From a virus (lineage: Duplodnaviria > Caudoviricetes): a stretch of DNA of 31,524 nucleotides. Within the stretch, counting starts at the first letter, position 1, and the number at the start of each line of letters is the position of its first letter. Position numbers and translations under genes: made by a program. The notes beneath the pieces are model-generated. The model worked only from the letters and a program-made list of their open reading frames with translations, made no database searches and was not told the origin of the DNA. The DNA lies in the IMG/VR virus record IMGVR_UViG_3300031788_000074, positions 1-31,524 of that record. The stretch is one strand, 5' to 3'. Below are positions 7,864-15,740 of this stretch, piece by piece.

Positions 7864-8022
7864 TGGTAATCCCCAAGATATACACAGGGCAAAGTGAGCA
7901 ACCATATGGCTCAAAATGAAGATTCGATGAATTTTGAGGGGTCGCTAATAACAATAAGTTCTTATCTTCTCTTCAGATCTTAAGATTCTCTTAAATAAGA
8001 TTTGCGGCAAAAAATTAAAAAA
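7823..8022 (+). other. Candidate replication origin: five phased DnaA-box-like 9-mers plus AT-rich tract
   Basis: CTATGCCCA 7823, GGATACACA 7834, CTATCCCCA 7846, TAATCCCCA 7867 and ATATACACA 7878. AT-rich non-coding DNA at ~7946-8022. Confidence 0.5.
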
Positions 8023-8028
8023 ACGACC

Positions 8029-8295
8029 ATGCCAACACCAACAAAAAAGCCGTTCGACATAGCGAAGCACAATGCTCTCTACCTCGAGCGCGGCTGGATC
8101 CATGCCGACGATTGCGCATGCAAGCTCCGGGAGAATCAACCCGGGTACGCGCCGGTCACGATCAAGCCTCAAAAGACGAAGAAGGCAAAAGCAGAACCCG
8201 CCCCGGACGTCGACCAGGACGATGAAAATATACCCGGCACATTCGAGCCGCTGTTCGAACCAGACGAGGACGAGGCCGAGCCACGATTCCTATGA
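8029..8295 (+). CDS. Hypothetical protein with acidic C-terminus
   Basis: ATG 8029 follows an A-rich leader. HADDCAC motif. ATGA overlap with the next gene. Confidence 0.65.
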   Translation: MPTPTKKPFDIAKHNALYLERGWIHADDCACKLRENQPGYAPVTIKPQKTKKAKAEPAPDVDQDDENIPGTFEPLFEPDEDEAEPRFL

Positions 8296-8621
8296 TCCAA
8301 GAAACATCCGTAGAAGCGAGGAACAAAATGAACATGGGCAGATTGGCGAAAAATTATAAAGCCCTCTTGGAATCGAAGCTGTCACTCACCGATCAGGAAG
8401 CCGGCATGCTGATGGAAATAGCACCATCGACGATATCGGGCATCCGATGCCCACTCGTCCGCACCGGCGCCGTGGTGAAGGATATAAAGCGGAAGTGTCG
8501 AGTCACCGGCAATACCGCCTTCTCATGGAAACTCGCACCATTGCAAAAAGTCGAAACACAGCCGATCGCGCACGACGAGCTGATCCCCGGCCTGAGATTC
8601 ATCCAAGGACCACTGCTATGA
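8292..8621 (+). CDS. Winged helix-turn-helix DNA-binding protein
   Basis: LTDQEAGMLMEIAPSTISGIRCPLVRTGAVVKDIKRKCRVTGNTAFSWK. Confidence 0.7.
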   Translation: MIQETSVEARNKMNMGRLAKNYKALLESKLSLTDQEAGMLMEIAPSTISGIRCPLVRTGAVVKDIKRKCRVTGNTAFSWKLAPLQKVETQPIAHDELIPGLRFIQGPLL

Positions 8622-8674
8622 AATTCATCACGAACATGCTCGTTATCAACCAAAAGAATACCGCTCCAGTATGA
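8618..8674 (+). CDS. 18-aa bridging mini-ORF
   Basis: ATGA overlaps at both ends (8618-8621 and 8671-8674), which suggests translational coupling. Confidence 0.4.
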   Translation: MKFITNMLVINQKNTAPV

Positions 8675-9003
8675 ATAGGAGAAATTACCGAAAGCTGATG
8701 TACGTGAAGATCGATCGCATCGTGTCGACGAATAGCAAACTCGACCGGGCCGTGATCGAAGAAATCAAGAAGGATATCGACCTCGAAAAGCTCACAGCAT
8801 TCCCAGCGTGGCACGATGGATCCCGAAACGAATGGGTCATCACGGACGGCAATCATCGCCTCCAAGCGCTCAAGGAGCTGGAATACGCATACGTGCCGAT
8901 CGTGGAGATATCCCGGAAGGAGTTCGATCTGATCGCGTGGGAGAAAAAGGAAATCGACATCATCGTCGTGGTGCCGAAAAAAATAAAAGTAATAGGTATA
9001 TAA
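8671..9003 (+). CDS. Stand-alone ParB/Sulfiredoxin-like domain protein
   Basis: WVITDGNHRLQALKELEYAYVPIVEI. Confidence 0.8.
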   Translation: MNRRNYRKLMYVKIDRIVSTNSKLDRAVIEEIKKDIDLEKLTAFPAWHDGSRNEWVITDGNHRLQALKELEYAYVPIVEISRKEFDLIAWEKKEIDIIVVVPKKIKVIGI

Positions 9004-9005
9004 TC

Positions 9006-9203
9006 ATGGAAATAAGAGCGAGAAAAGTGAGCGCGGAGAAGCGGCAGCAGGTTCGGGAAATGCTTAAATTCTACCGACGGCAAAATGGCACGGCGCTGGC
9101 AGTCAACCCAGACCTCGCCGTGAAGCTCCGGGAGAACAAGATCAACCCCGAGCTGTACGCGATCCGCATGACGGAAAAGGTCACCGCGAATATAAACGCA
9201 TGA
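9006..9203 (+). CDS. Hypothetical protein
   Basis: ATG 9006, 65 aa, ATGA overlap with the methylase. Confidence 0.6.
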   Translation: MEIRARKVSAEKRQQVREMLKFYRRQNGTALAVNPDLAVKLRENKINPELYAIRMTEKVTANINA

Positions 9204-10612
9204 AAATAACGCACATAGACCTATTCTCCGGCATCGGCGGAGCAAGCATAGCAGTAGATGAAGTATTCGGAAAAAATAACGTAACCCACATATTCTGCGA
9301 CAATGAACCATTCGCCCAAGCAATCCTCAAAAAACACTGGCCCGAAGCACCTATCATCGGAGACATCCGGGCCTTTACTACCAACGCCGACATCAAGCGA
9401 CGCGTTCACGGGGAATCTAAAAAGCAGTCAGCAAAAACCCACAACGAAACACTCAGTGAATTTATCGCAAGCGTTGGATCACCCTTTATACTCACCGGCG
9501 GCTTCCCATGCCAACCCTTCAGCCAAGCCGGACGAAGAAAAGGAACGGATGATGACCGTTATCTCTGGCCGGAAATGCTTAGGGTTATTCGAGAGTTCAA
9601 ACCTCAATGGGTCATCGGTGAAAATGTTGCGGGACTACTTACTTGGGACGAGGGCGTGGTACTCGAACAAGTGTGCCTTGACCTGGAAGGTGAAGGTTAC
9701 GAAGTACAACCGTTCGTTATACCAGCTGTCGCCGTCAATGCGCCGCACCGAAGGGACAGGGTCTGGATTGTTGCCCACCGCGAGAGTGGGAGGGAACGGT
9801 TCGGCAAGCAAAAAGGAAATTGCAATGGGGAATCCAAAACACAGATTAGAAACGACAATCGAGATGCTTCCAACGCCAGTAGTAAAACCCACGGAAGATG
9901 TTGTTATTGTCCCGGTTGCGATAAAGGATGGGATGAATGTACCTGCGATGCTTCCCACGCCAGACAGCCACATGGAACGAGGAGTAGCGAAAGAGTGGAA
10001 GCCAATAAGACCGAGCGGAGCGCACGCATCGTTTCCTCTGAACGAGGCAGTAGCTGGGACGAAAACTGGCTTGAAGTTGCAACCTGGCTTTGTGGAGTAT
10101 TTAATGGGCTATCCGAAGGATTGGACAAAGATATGAGTGATGGGGTATTATTGAAGTATGCCCCGACCCTCAATGCTATTACCCGACAAGATTTGCCCTA
10201 TCTGTGGAAAGGTTTTCAATCGAAAGCGTTTCAATGGCGTATTGGAAGATTCGACACGGTACAAGACCCGGATTACGTGTTCGCAGTCCTGTGGAAACTC
10301 AAAAATCGAGCCGACAAGCAAATCTGCCTTCCGTTCGAAAGCGAAGAAGTTCAAAACGCTTATATGCGAAATGTGTGGGACGACGAAAAATCTCGACGCG
10401 CATCACGTGGACCGGAATATCAAGAACAATACGCCAGAGAACATCAAGACACTTTGTCATCCATGTCACATGAAGTCGCACTGGCGGCGGCGGAAATCCA
10501 AAAGTCGTTTTTGAAAGATAGGAACGCTCGGCTCAAAGGACTCGGCAACGCCTGGGTCCCACGGGTGGCGGAGGAAATCTTTGCCGCCATTAAACATATC
10601 GATCGAACATAA
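9200..10612 (+). CDS. DNA cytosine-5 methyltransferase, catalytic (alpha) polypeptide
   Basis: Motif I DLFSGIGG, IV GGFPCQPFS, VI GENVAG, VIII PHRRDRVW and X RLKGLGNAWVP. No motif IX or TRD is evident in this frame. Confidence 0.9.
   Translation: MKITHIDLFSGIGGASIAVDEVFGKNNVTHIFCDNEPFAQAILKKHWPEAPIIGDIRAFTTNADIKRRVHGESKKQSAKTHNETLSEFIASVGSPFILTGGFPCQPFSQAGRRKGTDDDRYLWPEMLRVIREFKPQWVIGENVAGLLTWDEGVVLEQVCLDLEGEGYEVQPFVIPAVAVNAPHRRDRVWIVAHRESGRERFGKQKGNCNGESKTQIRNDNRDASNASSKTHGRCCYCPGCDKGWDECTCDASHARQPHGTRSSERVEANKTERSARIVSSERGSSWDENWLEVATWLCGVFNGLSEGLDKDMSDGVLLKYAPTLNAITRQDLPYLWKGFQSKAFQWRIGRFDTVQDPDYVFAVLWKLKNRADKQICLPFESEEVQNAYMRNVWDDEKSRRASRGPEYQEQYAREHQDTLSSMSHEVALAAAEIQKSFLKDRNARLKGLGNAWVPRVAEEIFAAIKHIDRT
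9303..10136 (+). CDS. Overlapping-frame methyltransferase beta polypeptide (TRD-like repeats plus motif IX)
   Basis: 277-aa ORF in the +1 frame, with LLPTPTSSD, LLPTARVG, MLPTPVV and MLPTPDSH. Ends LQPGFVEYLMGYPKDWT (motif IX-like). Confidence 0.8.
   Translation: MNHSPKQSSKNTGPKHLSSETSGPLLPTPTSSDAFTGNLKSSQQKPTTKHSVNLSQALDHPLYSPAASHANPSAKPDEEKERMMTVISGRKCLGLFESSNLNGSSVKMLRDYLLGTRAWYSNKCALTWKVKVTKYNRSLYQLSPSMRRTEGTGSGLLPTARVGGNGSASKKEIAMGNPKHRLETTIEMLPTPVVKPTEDVVIVPVAIKDGMNVPAMLPTPDSHMERGVAKEWKPIRPSGAHASFPLNEAVAGTKTGLKLQPGFVEYLMGYPKDWTKI
10122..10151 (+). promoter_or_regulatory. Internal promoter for the nested HNH gene
   Basis: TGGACA-18 nt-TATTAT, then 6 nt to ATG 10158. Confidence 0.5.
10158..10514 (+). 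CDS. HNH endonuclease nested within the methylase gene
   Basis: CPICGKVF...TCSQSC zinc finger, then CEMCGTTKNLDAHHVDRNIKNNTPENIKTLCHPCHMKSH. Confidence 0.85.
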   Translation: MPRPSMLLPDKICPICGKVFNRKRFNGVLEDSTRYKTRITCSQSCGNSKIEPTSKSAFRSKAKKFKTLICEMCGTTKNLDAHHVDRNIKNNTPENIKTLCHPCHMKSHWRRRKSKSRF

Positions 10613-10618
10613 AAAACT

Positions 10619-10834
10619 ATGAACACATCAATATCACTCCTGCTCCAATTGGCACTCTTCATGATCACGAAATATCCGTCGACCACGACGATCGCCATGG
10701 CGCAGCAGGCAGTGACGGTAGCTGAAGAATCGATAGCGGCCGCACCGGCGCCGGTAGCGGAGACGGCGCCAACGCCGGTGCAGACATCAACCCCCGAGCC
10801 GCACATTGGCATCATCGCCATGCCGGCATACTAG
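10619..10834 (+). CDS. Hypothetical protein with hydrophobic N-terminus and Ala/Pro/Thr-rich tail
   Basis: 71 aa, A-rich leader. Confidence 0.6.
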   Translation: MNTSISLLLQLALFMITKYPSTTTIAMAQQAVTVAEESIAAAPAPVAETAPTPVQTSTPEPHIGIIAMPAY

Positions 10835-10836
10835 CC

Positions 10837-11166
10837 ATGAGAAACATCCTGCAAATCACAAACGATCATCTGGCCGATCGACATAACGCGCAGTACGGCA
10901 ATCCGATCGGCTTTGTGATGAAAAAAGCGGAGGAGGTCATGAAGGAAGCCGAGCGGGCAAAGTCGGACCCGAGCTGTCTTGCCCTATCCACGCACTTCGC
11001 GGTAGAATTAGAACAACAGCTCGAAAGTATGGGTGTCAACCTGCCTCCCGGAGTTCTCCGGGGACTGGGGACAAGCGCAATCGCCGTTGCGATCCGCGAA
11101 TGGGAAAAAATAAATCAGGAGTACGAGGCACAGCTCACCCCTCAACAACCAAAACAAATCTCATGA
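10837..11166 (+). CDS. Hypothetical protein
   Basis: 109 aa, packed in the operon. Confidence 0.65.
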   Translation: MRNILQITNDHLADRHNAQYGNPIGFVMKKAEEVMKEAERAKSDPSCLALSTHFAVELEQQLESMGVNLPPGVLRGLGTSAIAVAIREWEKINQEYEAQLTPQQPKQIS

Positions 11167-11375
11167 TCGAAGACTATACCGCCGAGTGCGAAGTGCATAA
11201 GGTCAAGTACAACAAGCGTATCAAGAACCTCTGGTGGTATGGCCAGTGGACGGCATGCAAGCATACGAATGCGACCTACCACGGATGGCGCAATTATATG
11301 GCATGCCCGGACTGCAAGATCGGAGCGTGGAAGGGAATGAAAATGTCGGATCTTGATCGGTCAAACTTCGAATGA
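11163..11375 (+). CDS. Small Cys/His-rich hypothetical protein
   Basis: ATG 11163 with ATGA overlaps at both ends. CEVH...CPDCK. Confidence 0.6.
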   Translation: MIEDYTAECEVHKVKYNKRIKNLWWYGQWTACKHTNATYHGWRNYMACPDCKIGAWKGMKMSDLDRSNFE

Positions 11376-11782
11376 CCATAACACTCCACGGCCATGTGCC
11401 AAGCAAGAAAAACTCGAAGCGCCTCGTCTACGCCGGGCATCGGCCGGTGATGATAAGCTCGAAGGCGCACGAAGCATGGCATACGGTCGCATCATACGAA
11501 CTCAAAAGCCAAGTGAAGGGGTCGGCGAATCGCATCGCGCTCTCCGGCCCCAAGCAAATTTCAATAACTATATTCGGAGCGACACGACGCAAGGAGGATC
11601 TCACGAATAAAGCGGAAAGTCTGATGGATCTTCTTGTGGATAACTTCGTCCTCGCGGACGACAATTGGGAGGAAGTGCCAGAGATCTATCTTCGCTACGG
11701 CGGATACGATAAAGCGAATCCCAGGGCAGAGATAGAGATATCGGCAGTAAAGGTCGGCAAACCAACATCAAAAAAATCATGA
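11372..11782 (+). CDS. rusA: RusA-like Holliday junction resolvase
   Basis: VPSKKNS, EDLTNKAESLMDLLV...LADDN and PRAEIEI. Confidence 0.85.
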   Translation: MTITLHGHVPSKKNSKRLVYAGHRPVMISSKAHEAWHTVASYELKSQVKGSANRIALSGPKQISITIFGATRRKEDLTNKAESLMDLLVDNFVLADDNWEEVPEIYLRYGGYDKANPRAEIEISAVKVGKPTSKKS

Positions 11783-11955
11783 TCCAAATAACCATCACGA
11801 AGAACGACGACGGGACATTCACCGCCGCCTATTTCGTTGCGGGACAGGGTGAGCAGCAGAGCCAGACGTTCGCGGATGTCCCGACCCTCACGGCCGGTCT
11901 TCCCGAGATCCTCGCGCTCGAACTCGCCGCAGAGCAGAAGCAGGCAGGCGAATAG
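11779..11955 (+). CDS. 58-aa HicB-like N-terminal-domain protein (not in ORF track)
   Basis: MIQITITKNDDGTFTAAYFVAGQGEQQSQTFADVPTLTAGLPEILALEL. ATGA overlap with rusA. Confidence 0.5.
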   Translation: MIQITITKNDDGTFTAAYFVAGQGEQQSQTFADVPTLTAGLPEILALELAAEQKQAGE

Positions 11956-11960
11956 TACGA

Positions 11961-12083
11961 TCGGGGGCGCGGGAGATTCCCCGAGCAGGGTCTCCCGCTG
12001 GGAAAATAGGCGAACCACGCCGCGGCTGGTCTTTTACTTCTACCCAGGTACTCCCCACCCGCCGGGTATCAGGCCGCCCCCGA
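11961..12083 (+). ncRNA. Candidate structured RNA (four-way junction)
   Basis: Closing stem tcgggggcg/cgcccccga with three internal hairpins. G-U pairs favour the + strand. Confidence 0.45.
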
Positions 12084-12108
12084 CACTCCTTTTAAAATGT
12101 TGTATAAT
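12080..12108 (+). promoter_or_regulatory. Promoter for the methylase/terminase operon (leaderless)
   Basis: CCGACA-17 nt-TATAAT (12103-12108), 7 nt before ATG 12116. Confidence 0.6.
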
Positions 12109-12115
12109 ATAATTC

Positions 12116-13325
12116 ATGAAGATCACGCTCATACCAATTGAAGATCTCAAGCCCTACGGCAAAAATGCAAAGAAGCATCCCAAGGGGCAGATAGAGGCGA
12201 TCGCCCGGAGCATCAAAGAGTTCGGGTTCAATCAACCGGTAGTCGTCGACAAAAATAATTCGGTCATCGTGGGTCACGGTCGCATGCTCGCGGCCATACA
12301 GCTCAAGATGTACGATGTGCCGGCGATCAAGGCAACCGACCTCACGGATGCGCAGATCAAAGCGTATAGGCTCGCGGACAATAAACTGAACGAAAGCGAC
12401 TGGGACATGGACCTCGTGATCGAGGAACTGAAGGAGCTGAAGCTCGAAGGCCTCGATATCACGATTACCGGATTCGATGACGATCTCACGATCGAGACGA
12501 AGGAAGACGATGACGCACTCGGGGAAGCCATGGGAACGATAGAGCCGATCGTGAAGGTGGGAGATCTCTGGCGGCTCGGGGATCATCTGCTTTATTGCGG
12601 CGATGCCACGGAAAAGAAGTCATACGATCGCCTGCTGGGCAAGGACCGGGCAAGAATGATATTCACGGATCCGCCCTATGGCATCAAATACCAGGACAGC
12701 GACGGCGAGGGCATCATGAACGACGACAAAAAAGATGCGGCGCTCGTGAAGTTCTTCCAAGATGCTCTGAAACAGATCCATGCATATTCGGCGAATGACG
12801 CCACGCTCTACTGGTGGTACAGCGAACGATTCACGGCGGAGAACCTCGAGGCATGGGGGGGGGGCCGGATGGAAGTGGAGCCAGACGGTGCATTGGCTAA
12901 AGAACGGCCCCACATGGGCGCCAAGCCTCCTGTATCAGCGTCTAAGCGAACCCTGCATGGTGGGATGGAAGAAGGACAAGAAGCATTATCAGGATCTCGC
13001 ATTTTCGAAATTCACGGAGCTATGGGATCTCCCCAAAGCCCGCTTCGCGCAGCATCTCGATTGGTGGTACGAAAAGCGCGACGACCCGAAGACCTATATC
13101 CATCCGACGCAGAAGCCAGTGCAACTCTCCGAACGCGCGATAAAGCGATCGAGCGAGAAGGGAGATATCGTGCTGGATGTGTTCTGCGGATCCGGGAGTT
13201 CGCTCATAGCATGCGAACAGCTCGGGAGAAAAGGTCGTGCGATGGAACTCGATCCCAAGTTCTGTGATCGCATCATAAAGCGGTGGGAGAATTTAACGAA
13301 AAAAACGGCGAAGAAATTAAAATAA
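12116..13325 (+). CDS. ParB-N-fused N6A/N4C DNA methyltransferase, frameshifted at G10 tract (phase-off or sequencing error)
   Basis: ParB domain (IVGHGR) and FTDPPY lie in the 12116 frame. HPTQKPV and VLDVFCGSGS lie in the 12780 frame. Deleting one G from 12855-12864 joins them as LEAWGGAGWKWSQ. Confidence 0.85.
12855..12864 (+). repeat. G10 homopolymer at the frameshift
   Basis: gcat-GGGGGGGGGG-ccgg. Confidence 0.9.
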
Positions 13326-13337
13326 TTCTATCGGAAA

Positions 13338-13607
13338 ATGACCATCACCTGCATCAAGAAGCATATAGTCCTCTCTAAAGATCCGGGCAAAGGAACGATT
13401 CTCATAAAGTGTCGCCCGCACAAAGAATTCGAGGAGATGATGCAGTGTCCGACGAGAGAAGGTCAAAGGGAATATCATCTGCCCTGGGGATTCAATCCGA
13501 AGAAGATCGAGGGCGTGCAATACGTGCCTGATCCTCTGACGGTGATCAATAAGAATATCGACGAGAATGAAAAAGAAAATCGGCAAAAAATCGAAAAAGA
13601 CGCCTAA
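13338..13607 (+). CDS. Hypothetical protein
   Basis: 89 aa between the methylase and TerS. Confidence 0.6.
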   Translation: MTITCIKKHIVLSKDPGKGTILIKCRPHKEFEEMMQCPTREGQREYHLPWGFNPKKIEGVQYVPDPLTVINKNIDENEKENRQKIEKDA

Positions 13608-13950
13608 AAATACCAACCCTGCCATCAGGAAAGAGCAGGATGGAGTTCGTGATCCCAAAACTGGGCTATTCCTTCCCGGCCAATCGGGAAATCCAAGCGG
13701 CCGGCCGAAAGGCGTCTCGATAACGAAAATGCTCCTCGAGACGCTCGAGAAAACGCCTGAAGGTTCGAAGATCACCTACGCTGAAGCGATCCTCAAGAAG
13801 CTCCTCACAAAAGCGATCGCCGAAGGCAACACGACGGTGCTGCTCGAGATATGGGACAAGATTGACGGCCGGTCGAAACAAACGCTCGGGTTCGAAGACG
13901 ATGATCTCGCGGTGTTCCTGCGCGGCCCGGACAAAAAGAAAGAAATATAG
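13567..13950 (+). CDS. terS: Terminase small subunit-like protein
   Basis: RDPKTGLFLPGQSGNPSGRPKG and AIAEGN...IWDKIDGR. Upstream of TerL. Confidence 0.75.
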   Translation: MKKKIGKKSKKTPKNTNPAIRKEQDGVRDPKTGLFLPGQSGNPSGRPKGVSITKMLLETLEKTPEGSKITYAEAILKKLLTKAIAEGNTTVLLEIWDKIDGRSKQTLGFEDDDLAVFLRGPDKKKEI

Positions 13951-13952
13951 CC

Positions 13953-14114
13953 ATGACACGATACTGCTCACACTGCCAAATAAGGCTCGGAAGAATATAC
14001 CTCGAGGCACCGGTCACGCGCACCGGAAAAAAGCGCTATACGCGTGTGTGCTGGAACAAGGACTGCCCGCTCTTCAAGCAAATAATCAAAAAGAAAACCA
14101 ATGCGCGAGCTTGA
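13953..14114 (+). CDS. 53-aa zinc-ribbon protein (not in ORF track)
   Basis: MTRYCSHC...RVCWNKDCPLF. Fills the TerS-TerL gap. Confidence 0.6.
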   Translation: MTRYCSHCQIRLGRIYLEAPVTRTGKKRYTRVCWNKDCPLFKQIIKKKTNARA

Positions 14115-15516
14115 TATCGATAAGATCTCCAATTTCACCGAGAAGCAGACACGCGCCGAGGGATTGGTGTACGACTTCAAGTACCTGCTCTATGGCGGCG
14201 CAATGGCCGGCGGAAAGTCATACTGGCTCAGGTGGATGCTCGTAAAGCTCCTTGTGTATTGGGCGATCAACGGCGTTCGGCATCCGACAGTCGCTCTCTT
14301 CTGTGAAGACTTCCCAAGCCTCAAGGACCGGCACATATCGCGCATCAAGCATGAGTTCCCGCCCGAGCTGGGAACGTACAACGCTACCGACCACAACTTC
14401 ACGCTGAAGAAGCGGTGGGGCGGCGGCACGATCGCATTCAGAAACCTCGACGACGCGAGCAAATATCAATCGAGCGAGTTCGCCGCGATCGCTGTGGACG
14501 AGCTGACGAAGAACGATCGCAATACGTTCGACTTCCTCCGCACTCGTCTCCGCTGGAAAGGCATCAAGCATCCGAAGTTCATCGCGGCAACCAATCCGGG
14601 CGGGAAGGGATCGCAATGGGTGAAGCAGATGTGGCTCGATCGCATCTACGACCCGAACGAAAAGGAAAGCGACCAGTTCATGTACGTGGCGGCGAAAGCG
14701 AGCGACAATCCGTATATCACCGGCGACTACATGCGCACATTGGAATCGATGCCGGAAGTGCTGCGACGGGCGTTCCTCGAGGGCGACTGGGATGTGTTCC
14801 AAGGGCAATACTTCAAAGAATGGCGGCGGGATCTCCACGTCATCACGCCGAAGATGCCTCTGCGCTACCACAAGAAATATATCTGTGTGGACTATGGCTA
14901 TGCGGCGCCGTCCTGTGCGCTCTGGTTCTACGTCGACGAGTTCGGTCGCGCGATCTTCTACCGTGAGCTGTACAAGACCGGCCTCACCTATCGGGCATTG
15001 ATGGCCGAAATCTGCGCTATGACGCCTCTCGACGAGGAAATCGTGTACATGGTCTGCGATCCCGCTATCTGGGCCAAGAAGGGCGAAAATGACCACGAAT
15101 TGAGCGGTGCAGACATCATGGCGGCCGAGTATCAGCTGATCCGCAAAAGGACGATCATTATGCAGAAAGGAGACAACCGGCGCATACCCGGATGGACGGT
15201 CATGCGCGAATATCTGGCGCCGGCGATGGTGAACGGCGTCCTCTCCCCAAGGATGCTCGTATGCGAAACGTGTCCGAACCTGATCCGCACACTGCCCTCG
15301 CTCATTTACGACGACAAGAACGTGGAAGACTGCGACTCCGACGGCGAAGATCACGCACCGGACGCAGCACGCTATGGCCTCATGAGCAGGCCCCAAGCAT
15401 CGCATGCCGTGGCAACAACCGTAGGCGACAAGGTCGGCCGCCTGCTCGGGCAAAACACCTTCCGAGGCAATAATCAGTACAGTGCCGAGGATCGTAAAAA
15501 AGACTCATTCGAATGA
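14101..15516 (+). CDS. terL: Terminase large subunit
   Basis: Walker A YGGAMAGGKS, Walker B IAVDE, ATNPGG, nuclease CVDYG and EDHAPDAARY. Confidence 0.95.
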   Translation: MRELDIDKISNFTEKQTRAEGLVYDFKYLLYGGAMAGGKSYWLRWMLVKLLVYWAINGVRHPTVALFCEDFPSLKDRHISRIKHEFPPELGTYNATDHNFTLKKRWGGGTIAFRNLDDASKYQSSEFAAIAVDELTKNDRNTFDFLRTRLRWKGIKHPKFIAATNPGGKGSQWVKQMWLDRIYDPNEKESDQFMYVAAKASDNPYITGDYMRTLESMPEVLRRAFLEGDWDVFQGQYFKEWRRDLHVITPKMPLRYHKKYICVDYGYAAPSCALWFYVDEFGRAIFYRELYKTGLTYRALMAEICAMTPLDEEIVYMVCDPAIWAKKGENDHELSGADIMAAEYQLIRKRTIIMQKGDNRRIPGWTVMREYLAPAMVNGVLSPRMLVCETCPNLIRTLPSLIYDDKNVEDCDSDGEDHAPDAARYGLMSRPQASHAVATTVGDKVGRLLGQNTFRGNNQYSAEDRKKDSFE

Positions 15517-15740
15517 GCGGCAACGTATCGGGATTCCCAAAACAGAAAACGCCGGCCGAAGAACTGGAGAATATCCAGGTGCTTCAGGACGCGCTCTCGA
15601 AAGACGAAATGCGGCTCGTCATGGCGTACCGGAAACTGGTGCCGCTATCGACGCTCAAGGTCTCCGTGCGGCAAGGCGGCAAAATTGTCGATATCGTGAT
15701 CACGCATCAAGAGTTCGTGCCTCTTGACGGCAGAGAGTAG
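15513..15740 (+). CDS. Hypothetical protein
   Basis: 75 aa, ATGA overlap with TerL. Confidence 0.65.
   Translation: MSGNVSGFPKQKTPAEELENIQVLQDALSKDEMRLVMAYRKLVPLSTLKVSVRQGGKIVDIVITHQEFVPLDGRE

Noticed and set aside
11961-12083. tRNA gene
   Set aside because: Too long, with no GTTCRA T-loop, no 7-nt anticodon loop and no acceptor/CCA geometry.
12865-13267. C-terminal third of the 383-aa ORF as real protein
   Set aside because: It is out-of-frame read-through after the G10 tract. The methylase motifs continue in the other frame.
14218-15453. 411-aa antisense ORF (and similar ones opposite the ATP-grasp, portal and GT genes)
   Set aside because: Typical antisense shadows of GC3-rich genes, with no motifs or expression signals.
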